IMG/VR virus record: IMGVR_UViG_3300028925_003988
Coordinates: 1 to 24,528 of that record
Origin: a virus
Taxonomy: Duplodnaviria > Caudoviricetes
DNA: 24,528 bases
Direction: 5' to 3' (one strand)
Each line of letters begins with the position of its first letter. Within the stretch, counting starts at the first letter, position 1. Position numbers and translations under genes: made by a program. A model generated the notes under the pieces. That model saw only the letters and a program-made list of their open reading frames with translations, was not told the origin of the DNA and ran no database searches. Shown here piece by piece: positions 18,414-24,528 of the stretch.

Positions 18414-18743
18414 ATGGCATCAGAACTGGTAAAGGTAGCATTACACGCCACTTGTAGTAACTCAGAGGTAAAGCTGATTGACGGGGCTAGTGGACACACT
18501 TACACTATTTTATCTATTACTATGTGCGAAACAGCAGCAGCAGCAGAAACTTTTGACCTTTACGTCGATAACGATGATGGTGGCACTGATTTTTATATCT
18601 ATAAGGCCCAACCATTAGGAGCCAATCAAACATTTGAGCATACTGGTAGAATTGTGCTTGAGGGAACCGACATGCTTGGGTTTATCACTGGTGGTGCGGC
18701 TGACGTGGATGTTGTTGTCAGTTACTTAGATCAGACCCTATAG
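18414..18743 (+). CDS. Small beta-rich virion/tail-associated protein
   Basis: AGGAG RBS, 109 aa, beta-strand-like pattern, follows the tail fibre. Confidence 0.65.
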   Translation: MASELVKVALHATCSNSEVKLIDGASGHTYTILSITMCETAAAAETFDLYVDNDDGGTDFYIYKAQPLGANQTFEHTGRIVLEGTDMLGFITGGAADVDVVVSYLDQTL

Positions 18744-18755
18744 GAGCTATAAAGT

Positions 18756-19349
18756 ATGAGTGGAATAATAGGAAGTATAAACACAAGAGGCTCGGGTCTG
18801 GTTAATACAGGCTCGGCATCAGATGGTCAAATATTAACTGGAACCGGGGTAGGCTTACCGACTGGCTTTGAGGCACTTCCTGCTGGCGTTACCGATAATA
18901 AATTTCTTGCTTGTCTAACTTCTGACCAAAACAACGTAACTGGAGATGGAACAGCTTGGCAGACAAGTTCAACAACAGCTTGGACAGAAAAATATGATAC
19001 AGGTAGCGGATTTTCAAATGGGACTTTCACAGCCCCCACAACGGGAAAATATATATTATTTTTTCAGATGTATATATCAGGACTGTCTAGTGCGCATACA
19101 GAAAATAATTTTTATATTAACACATCTAATAGAAATTACTCTATAGGCCACGAAAATTTCGCTTACATCTATGTCGGAGCGAATTCTGCATTGAACAGGG
19201 GGCCATACACAGTAGTTGCTGATATGGATGCAGGGGATACTGCAACAGGGTATATTACTGCTTATAACGGTGCTAAGTCAGTAGATATAGAAGGCAATGG
19301 TAACAGCAACTCAACTAGCTGCTATTTCGGAGGAGCATTGTTAGGATAA
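18756..19349 (+). CDS. Short tail fibre / receptor-binding protein with C1q-like C-terminal domain
   Basis: DGQILTG.G.G fibre motif; GTFTAPTTGKY.LF, MDAGDTA and terminal FGG.LL resemble C1q-like head domains. Confidence 0.6.
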   Translation: MSGIIGSINTRGSGLVNTGSASDGQILTGTGVGLPTGFEALPAGVTDNKFLACLTSDQNNVTGDGTAWQTSSTTAWTEKYDTGSGFSNGTFTAPTTGKYILFFQMYISGLSSAHTENNFYINTSNRNYSIGHENFAYIYVGANSALNRGPYTVVADMDAGDTATGYITAYNGAKSVDIEGNGNSNSTSCYFGGALLG

Positions 19350-19690
19350 TGAATTTAACTACAGAACAACTCAATATTTTAAATCACGTTGTTGTGGATG
19401 GACAAGGGTGGGCTGACAATGCTGGTGAAAATAATATGCTGGCAAAGGTTGAAAAGTATCGACAGTCTTACCTCGATGCGCAGGGAGAGGGCTACCAAAC
19501 TCGCAAGCAAAAAGAAGATGAAGTTGATCGGATACAAAAAGATGCTAGAGAAAATGTGTCTTATGCAATTAAAAGACAGCGAAGCTATCCATTCATAGGC
19601 GACCAGCTAGATGCACTCTGGAAAGGTGGAGATGACGCAGCAGCTATGAAGGTAATTATAGACAAGGTTAAATCGGACAACCCAAAATGA
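19349..19690 (+). CDS. Tail-fibre-associated (assembly chaperone-like) protein
   Basis: TAATG-coupled. C-terminal R...YP.IGDQLDALW...I.KVKSDNPK motif is commonly seen after fibre genes in aquatic phages. Confidence 0.6.
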   Translation: MNLTTEQLNILNHVVVDGQGWADNAGENNMLAKVEKYRQSYLDAQGEGYQTRKQKEDEVDRIQKDARENVSYAIKRQRSYPFIGDQLDALWKGGDDAAAMKVIIDKVKSDNPK

Positions 19691-19764
19691 CTCAAGAAAT
19701 ACGCATCCCAGTATCTAAGTTTGTTCCAATTAACCGACCAAGCGAAGGGAACTACTATAAGTGA
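19687..19764 (+). CDS. 25-aa micro-ORF (MTQEIRIPVSKFVPINRPSEGNYYK), not in the ORF track
   Basis: ATGA overlap with the upstream stop and GTGA overlap with the downstream start; fills the gap exactly. Confidence 0.45.
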   Translation: MTQEIRIPVSKFVPINRPSEGNYYK

Positions 19765-19970
19765 TCCCAGATGTCAGGTTGGCTTTTTTTCAGGCGTTAA
19801 TTGTTTTAGTCCCAACTTACATGGTCGCATTTTTAACAGACAAAATGGTCTGGACAATCCCAATGTTGGCGGCTTCAGGATTTATAGCATCAAGCATTAG
19901 AAAGGATGCTGTGGAGCGAAAAGTTGATGACGCTGAAGTTGCCCATCATCCTGAAATTGAAGATGGGTAA
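19761..19970 (+). CDS. Small two-TM membrane protein (holin candidate)
   Basis: GTG start; two hydrophobic stretches followed by a charged tail. Confidence 0.5.
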   Translation: MIPDVRLAFFQALIVLVPTYMVAFLTDKMVWTIPMLAASGFIASSIRKDAVERKVDDAEVAHHPEIEDG

Positions 19971-19984
19971 AAAAAAATTAAGCT

Positions 19985-20314
19985 ATGGAAAAAATTGTCG
20001 AGTATGGCTGGGCGTTCATCAGTGCAGTTTTTTGGTTTTTTTTGCAAAGGCTGACAGCTAAACTCGATGATCTTGAAAAAAGCAAGGCAAGTGGTGATGA
20101 TCTTTCTGGCATACGAAAAGGACTCGCGGCATTAGACAGACGAGTTGACGCAATTGACCATTCAACGCAATTGCGACTTGTTCCTAGAGACGAGGTAAAA
20201 AGCGATGTCACACTTCTTCATCAAAGATGCAACGACCTCTCTGAACGCCTCTGTCAAAAGGAAGACCGAATCAAAACTATTCGTGTAACTGAAAATGAAA
20301 AGAAAGTGAAATAA
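19985..20314 (+). CDS. Membrane-anchored coiled-coil protein (lysis-associated candidate)
   Basis: N-terminal hydrophobic segment (GWAFISAVFWFFL) followed by a heptad-like helix. Confidence 0.6.
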   Translation: MEKIVEYGWAFISAVFWFFLQRLTAKLDDLEKSKASGDDLSGIRKGLAALDRRVDAIDHSTQLRLVPRDEVKSDVTLLHQRCNDLSERLCQKEDRIKTIRVTENEKKVK

Positions 20315-20315
20315 C

Positions 20316-20537
20316 ATGGACAATAAACTCAACGAATTATTTCTCACAGCGACAGGAATTATTTTGGGAATTTCAGCATTTATAACTCGTAGATTATTTC
20401 GGGGCGTTGATAAATGTGAGGCCCGAATAAGTGTTCTTGAAAAAAACTTGATTGACCGCGATTACCTAGAATCGCAACTCACCCCGATCCGACAGGACTT
20501 AAATTTGATACTAAAGCATTTACTGGAAAAGAAGTAG
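20316..20537 (+). CDS. Small membrane-anchored protein (lysis-associated candidate)
   Basis: N-terminal TM (LFLTATGIILGISAFI) followed by RISVLEK and IRQDL..I. Confidence 0.6.
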   Translation: MDNKLNELFLTATGIILGISAFITRRLFRGVDKCEARISVLEKNLIDRDYLESQLTPIRQDLNLILKHLLEKK

Positions 20538-20573
20538 TGCTGTAAGTAGCCATTTTTAAAGAGATTATAGTTG

Positions 20574-20601
20574 TTGACATTTCCCCCCATTTTGCTATTC
20601 T
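20574..20601 (+). promoter_or_regulatory. Sigma70-type promoter for the early-type region
   Basis: TTGACA (20574-20579), 16-nt spacer, TG-n extended -10 and TATTCT (20596-20601), with an AT-rich upstream tract. Confidence 0.75.
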
Positions 20602-20651
20602 AAGCAAAGAAATTGATTACATTTTTTTTAAACCTCACCAAGGAGAAAATC

Positions 20652-20900
20652 ATGAAAGCACAAAAGTATTACACCCTCGTAGGAACCTTCCAAAAAAATC
20701 CGTGGGAAATTATTTTCGGTGATTACGACCGAGAAGTCGTTGAAGATGAAAGAGCCGACATTAAAGACTACGGAACCGACTACACCAAATTTAAAATCAT
20801 CACCACCTCTGACGCACAAGCCGACATCGAATGGGCTGTTTCGGTTTTAAACGCGAAGCAATATTTGGGAAATACCACTAACGCTCTGACGAGTCCGTAA
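20652..20900 (+). CDS. Small acidic hypothetical early protein (82 aa)
   Basis: AAGGAG RBS before ATG 20652 (preferred over the track start 20613); YYTL...W.IIFGDYDREVV motif. Its stop codon lies in hammerhead 1. Confidence 0.8.
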   Translation: MKAQKYYTLVGTFQKNPWEIIFGDYDREVVEDERADIKDYGTDYTKFKIITTSDAQADIEWAVSVLNAKQYLGNTTNALTSP

Positions 20901-20930
20901 GGACGAAACTCCCTGCGGGGAGTCAGCGTT
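20880..20930 (+). ncRNA. Hammerhead ribozyme, type I (HHR1); predicted cleavage after C20924
   Basis: Stem I AACGCT/AGCGTT; core CTGACGA (20886-20892); stem II GTCC-GTAA-GGAC; GAA; stem III ACTCCC-TGCG-GGGAGT; GTC cleavage triplet. All core nucleotides are present. Confidence 0.95.
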
Positions 20931-20959
20931 TAAAATTAATCTAATCTCAGGAGATCCAA

Positions 20960-22018
20960 ATGAAAACAGCAAAAAGCATTATCGAACTCGCAACAGAAAT
21001 CCAACGCCAGAACGAATTGAAAAAAGACTTCATCGTCCCGACACAGGTCGCGGCAGTTGCGATCAATGGCGCACAGCAGATCCAGTTCAATGGCAACGTC
21101 TACGACTTGACCGACCACGCACTCGCGCAGGTTGCTGACCGATTGAAGATCCCGAAACGATACCTCGATTATCTTCGCGCAGAGTTCCCTTCTCTGTTGG
21201 AAAATAACATCAACGAACTTTTCAAAAAATTCCCCGAGCAAAGAATGATCCGCACCTTGGATGGTCAGGCCCGTGCATTTTTGTCTGACCGCTACCGACC
21301 GCTTGATAACGCTGAACTCGCCAACGCGGTTTTTCCTGCTCTGCAAAAAGCTGAAGCGAAGATCGTATCTTGTGAGATCACTCCGAAGAAACTTTACATC
21401 AAGGCGGTTCTGCCACAGATCTCCGCGCTGATACCCGGCGGTTCTCACTTAGGTGATGACAACTTAAATCCCGGTCTTACGATCAGTAACTCCGAGATTG
21501 GTACAGGTGGCCTGACAGTTCTGCCAGCCTTGCATGATCCGAAGTGTACGAACCTCTGCACCTTTTCTTTCGCCAAATACAGCAAGTACCACTTAGGCGG
21601 CAAGGGCGCGACTGACGACCAGTACAACGTCTACACAACCGAGACGAAGCAACTCGCCGACGCTACGGTGTTCGCGCAACTGACCGACGTGGTCAAGGCA
21701 AGCATGGGTGGTGAGGTGTTCCAGCAGATCGTTGATCATGTGAAGACGGCACGAGGCAACAAGGTCGCGCCCACACAGGTGACCAAGGTGATCGAAGTTG
21801 TCTCACAAACGCACGGTTTCAATGAGGACGAGAAGGGGTCTGTTCTGGCCCACCTGATCGAGCGTGGTGACCTTTCACAGTGGGGCGTATCTTCCGCTAT
21901 CACCCGAGCGGCAGAGGACGTTGCTGACTACGACAGAGCCTCTGAGCTTGAGACGATTGGTGGTCATGTTATCGAACTCCCTGCCAACCAGTGGCAGACC
22001 ATAGCAAACGTCGCATAG
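20960..22018 (+). CDS. DUF932/DUF945-like phage/plasmid protein
   Basis: AGGAG RBS; RAFLSDRYRPLDN, G..ISNSEIG.G.L.V.P, CTN and H.G motifs; C-terminal A.DYDRA.ELE..GG. Confidence 0.8.
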   Translation: MKTAKSIIELATEIQRQNELKKDFIVPTQVAAVAINGAQQIQFNGNVYDLTDHALAQVADRLKIPKRYLDYLRAEFPSLLENNINELFKKFPEQRMIRTLDGQARAFLSDRYRPLDNAELANAVFPALQKAEAKIVSCEITPKKLYIKAVLPQISALIPGGSHLGDDNLNPGLTISNSEIGTGGLTVLPALHDPKCTNLCTFSFAKYSKYHLGGKGATDDQYNVYTTETKQLADATVFAQLTDVVKASMGGEVFQQIVDHVKTARGNKVAPTQVTKVIEVVSQTHGFNEDEKGSVLAHLIERGDLSQWGVSSAITRAAEDVADYDRASELETIGGHVIELPANQWQTIANVA

Positions 22019-22065
22019 TCCTCTGAAGAGCGCGACACGAAACTCCCCTTCGGGGGAGTCAGGAC
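22010..22065 (+). ncRNA. Hammerhead ribozyme, type I with pseudoknot (HHR2); predicted cleavage after C22060
   Basis: Stem I GTCCT/AGGAC; core CTGAAGA (22023-22029); minimal stem II G22030-C22038 whose loop GCGAC is complementary to upstream GTCGC (22010-22014); GAA; stem III ACTCCCC-TTCG-GGGGAGT; GTC triplet. Confidence 0.88.
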
Positions 22066-22087
22066 AATGGAAAAAAAGGAGAAAAAA

Positions 22088-22312
22088 ATGACGCACTTAT
22101 ACCACGTTACATTTTCAAGAAAAATCACAATTTCAAGTGAGGAAGTCTTGACCGAAGAGGAGATAGCTGAGAAAGCTAAGAAAGATCTTTACACGTTTAA
22201 TAATGTCCCACAAAGTCACCTCGACAACACGGTTGTTTCTGTCAAGGCTTTTCTTAGAAGCTACCATCCTTCAGACTTAATTAAAGACTACGAAATCCAA
22301 CAAACTATTTAG
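22088..22312 (+). CDS. Hypothetical protein (74 aa)
   Basis: AAGGAG RBS before ATG 22088. The alternative in-frame ATG 22067 lies just 3' of HHR2 stem I. Confidence 0.7.
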   Translation: MTHLYHVTFSRKITISSEEVLTEEEIAEKAKKDLYTFNNVPQSHLDNTVVSVKAFLRSYHPSDLIKDYEIQQTI

Positions 22313-22320
22313 GAGATTTA

Positions 22321-22524
22321 ATGCAAACTTTAGAAGACAAGATTAGCATCGTCAATAGGTACATCAGGAACGGCATTAAAACGGGAGACATCCCGCTTCC
22401 TGAAGCCCTTACTCTCGACACGGCGTGGCGTGGTATCCAATGTGAACTGAAACAGCTTCAGCAGCATCCTAATATTACAAGGATACATACTTTAAATAAC
22501 GCCTCGTTATTTAACACCAATTAG
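22321..22524 (+). CDS. Hypothetical protein (67 aa)
   Basis: AGGAG RBS overlapping the upstream stop, then ATG. Confidence 0.7.
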   Translation: MQTLEDKISIVNRYIRNGIKTGDIPLPEALTLDTAWRGIQCELKQLQQHPNITRIHTLNNASLFNTN

Positions 22525-22527
22525 GCA

Positions 22528-22775
22528 ACCGCTTTTAAAACCAATCGCTCTCAGCCAGCGACAAGCGGTCGGGGTGGTGAGGATGTACAGGGTGCTTTGC
22601 CGCTCCAGCCTTTCAGTTTCACAGTAACCACAGGGTGGATCCTCAAGACACCTGACTACTCGCGAGAGGTGGTCAATGCTGTGGATTAAATAGGGCTGGT
22701 GGTCTTTTGCGCTACAACGCACCAGATCGCTTACGGGGGTGATGGGGAATACTTGGGCCTCTCACTCCCTGCCCT
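22528..22775 (+). ncRNA. Unassigned structured intergenic RNA candidate
   Basis: Several nested helices with G-U pairs favouring the + strand, plus a 7-bp potential pseudoknot (details in findings). No credible + strand ORF. Confidence 0.55.
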
Positions 22776-22798
22776 TAACTATGAATCGGAGAGATTAA

Positions 22799-22951
22799 GT
22801 GTATCAATATAAAATTCACAAGGAATCTACAAGGTGGAATCACGACACAATGGAAGACGAAGATGTGGCGTATTGCAACCAGAAAAACTATAGATTGCTA
22901 ACTGCGTGTTGGTCGGATGTGAATTGCGAAATATGCCTTAATTTGAGATAA
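22799..22951 (+). CDS. 50-aa Cys/His-containing (putative zinc-binding) protein, not in the ORF track
   Basis: GGAG RBS, GTG start; MYQYKIH...YCNQ...CWSDVNCEICLNLR with His, Cys and CxxC. Confidence 0.65.
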   Translation: MYQYKIHKESTRWNHDTMEDEDVAYCNQKNYRLLTACWSDVNCEICLNLR

Positions 22952-23094
22952 ATTCATTTACTGGGTCGCTTAAATAATCCCTTTTTAAGTAAGGAGTATA
23001 ATAATGGCATTTAATCATCCATTCGGGAATTTTTTACAGGCTCACCGGGCAGAGTTTTTTGGTGACCTTCCCGACAATTCAAAGGAGACAAATC

Positions 23095-23364
23095 ATGACA
23101 GAAAAGGAACCGCAACAAAGCCAAGCCCCTGTGTATCCACCGCTGATAGTCGGGCAGATGCTAGAGAGACTGACCGACGATGTCGGCAGGATGGCGATTC
23201 AGTCCGCGACGAATCAAGGCTACAACAAGGCGACGTTTGTACAGATCGAAAAACAACTGAAGGATCTAGAGGTAGCGATCGCTAAAATCACGCAGTCGCA
23301 AGTTACTGTCATGGAGTCCTTGAGGTTATTGGTCACAGACATCGACGAGGATAACCAATGCTAA
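23095..23364 (+). CDS. Hypothetical coiled-coil protein (89 aa)
   Basis: AAGGAG RBS before ATG 23095; IEKQLKDLEVAIAKI heptads; overlaps the start of the HU/IHF gene. Confidence 0.7.
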   Translation: MTEKEPQQSQAPVYPPLIVGQMLERLTDDVGRMAIQSATNQGYNKATFVQIEKQLKDLEVAIAKITQSQVTVMESLRLLVTDIDEDNQC

Positions 23365-23633
23365 AAATTGACATAGCGGAGCGGGTGGCTCAAGCCACGC
23401 AACTTGGACGGGCGGAGTCGATCAAAGCGGTCGATGTCCTCTTCGCCACGGTCAAGGCTATTCTTGCCGAAGGCCACTCTCTAGACATCAGAAAGTTCGG
23501 GGGTTTTTCTACACGAAAAAAAAGAGAGCGTATCGGGCGGAACCCGAAGACCAAAGAGCCATGTACAATAACAGCGCGAACAGTTATGAGTTTTAAACCG
23601 AGTAAACAATTAAAAGAAAAGGTGAATTTATGA
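23358..23633 (+). CDS. HU/IHF-family histone-like DNA-binding protein
   Basis: IRKFGGFSTRKKRERIGRNPKT.E...I.AR.V.SFKPSKQLKEKVN signature. Confidence 0.95.
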   Translation: MLKIDIAERVAQATQLGRAESIKAVDVLFATVKAILAEGHSLDIRKFGGFSTRKKRERIGRNPKTKEPCTITARTVMSFKPSKQLKEKVNL

Positions 23634-23768
23634 GAGCATATTCGGAAGCAGATCTACTATTAATTTTGGTCGGCGTGTTGCTGTTTATTTTTGGTAGCAT
23701 CTGCGCTTACGTTTTATATTGTTGGAACGAAGAAGTTTTTGAAGACGAAATAATGGAGGAGCAATATC

Positions 23769-24528
23769 ATGATTACGAATGAACAAAAAGAATTGAAAGC
23801 TGGAAGGCTCGGAGCGTCGCAAGTTGCGGCGGCTCTGGGCCTTTCGCCGTTTCAAACCCCGGCGCAACTGGCAATGGAGATCCTCGGCAGGATACCTGCG
23901 CAGGTAGAGAACGACGCGATGCGTGGCGGGAACATTATGGAACCTGCAATCGCAAAACTGTATACATCACAAACAGGGATTGATATTTTTCCCGACAACA
24001 CAACCTACACTCACCCAGAATACGACTGGCTGATCTGCCATCCCGATTATTATAAACCCTGTGGACTAGAAAGCAGGACTCTGATCGAAATCAAGAACGT
24101 CGGCGCACGTCAGCGTTACCGCTGGGATGAAGGTGTCCCGGTTCACGTGGTCGCACAGGTCGTGCTTCAGTCTTTGTTGACTGGCTGCACTGACGTGGAA
24201 GTCGTTGCCTTCTTCGGCGGCTGGGAGGTGGAGATCTTCCCGCTGACCATTACCAAAAAACAGCAAGACGGATTGCTGTACAAGGTCGCCGCCTTCTGGG
24301 TCGATTGGATTGAAAAAAATATGATACCGCCAGTCTGCGATAAAGATCTTGAAATGATAAAAACCTTGTACCCCACGTCGGACAACGTGGAAGAGGCAAC
24401 CGCGACACCAAAGGTTATGGAAGATGTTAAAAGTTTCAGGGAATATAAAATTCTTCGCAACCAGATGGACAAAACCATTGGGACGCTGGAAGCTAAGATC
24501 AGGTTGATGATGGGGGGCTCGGCGATTC
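23769..24528 (+). CDS. yqaJ: YqaJ-like (lambda-exonuclease family) recombination nuclease, 3'-truncated; not in the ORF track
   Basis: GGAGGAG RBS. MITNEQKELKAGRLGASQVAAALGLSPFQTP...G..MEP.IA...HPEYDWLICHPD...LIEIKN...VP.H..AQ; frame is open to the window end. Confidence 0.9.
   Translation, partial: MITNEQKELKAGRLGASQVAAALGLSPFQTPAQLAMEILGRIPAQVENDAMRGGNIMEPAIAKLYTSQTGIDIFPDNTTYTHPEYDWLICHPDYYKPCGLESRTLIEIKNVGARQRYRWDEGVPVHVVAQVVLQSLLTGCTDVEVVAFFGGWEVEIFPLTITKKQQDGLLYKVAAFWVDWIEKNMIPPVCDKDLEMIKTLYPTSDNVEEATATPKVMEDVKSFREYKILRNQMDKTIGTLEAKIRLMMGGSAI

Noticed and set aside
20908-20923. Stem III hairpins (here and 22042-22059) read as intrinsic terminators
   Set aside because: Neither is directly followed by a U-tract, and both sit precisely within complete hammerhead cores.
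20936-21448. 170-aa minus-strand ORF and the other antisense or nested ORFs in the track (e.g. 217-642, 7459-7911, 9630-10085, 17509-18378)
   Set aside because: They are shadows of well-supported + strand genes, without RBS or recognisable motifs.
20884-22062. The two similar ~43-nt sequences as CRISPR repeats, att sites or IS ends
   Set aside because: Only two imperfect copies 1.1 kb apart. Similarity is confined to ribozyme core and stem III, and no cas, integrase or transposase gene is present in the window.
22571-22700. Twister, pistol or lysine-riboswitch identity for the structured RNA (TAA-CCAC/GTGG-TGAGG, TTAAATAG, GGTGAGGAT...AGGGTGC)
   Set aside because: Only fragments match. I could not build the twister T2 pairing, the pistol P1/pseudoknot or the lysine aptamer junction, so the RNA is left unassigned.
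22507-22722. Minus-strand 71-aa ORF with CxxC across the structured region
   Set aside because: Opposes the direction of every other gene and has no evident RBS; the + strand RNA structure explains the region better, although coding is not strictly excluded.
22997-23002. Perfect TATAAT as a promoter -10 box
   Set aside because: No -35 element or TG extension at the proper spacing; it lies in the spacer between an RBS and an ATG.

Overview
This window is part of a double-stranded DNA tailed phage with a P22-like (podovirus) virion module; all credible genes are on the + strand. Bases 1-20537 form a tightly coupled structural operon: portal (5'-truncated), scaffold, P22-gp5-like coat, tail adaptor and nozzle, ejection-type proteins, tail fibres and small membrane proteins. 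Several non-structural enzymes are embedded in it: a glycosyltransferase-methyltransferase fusion, a polyvalent metallopeptidase protein, a GNAT and a PAPS/APS-reductase-like protein. A sigma70-type promoter at about 20574-20601 starts an early-type region containing small ORFs, a DUF932-like gene, an HU/IHF gene and a 3'-truncated YqaJ exonuclease. The most striking feature is two type I hammerhead ribozymes (20880-20930 and 22010-22065) that bracket the DUF932-like gene and would excise it as a 1136-nt RNA; each overlaps the stop codon of the gene upstream. Further downstream lies an unassigned, highly structured intergenic RNA of about 250 nt (22528-22775). Protein family calls come from motif recognition by eye, not database searches.
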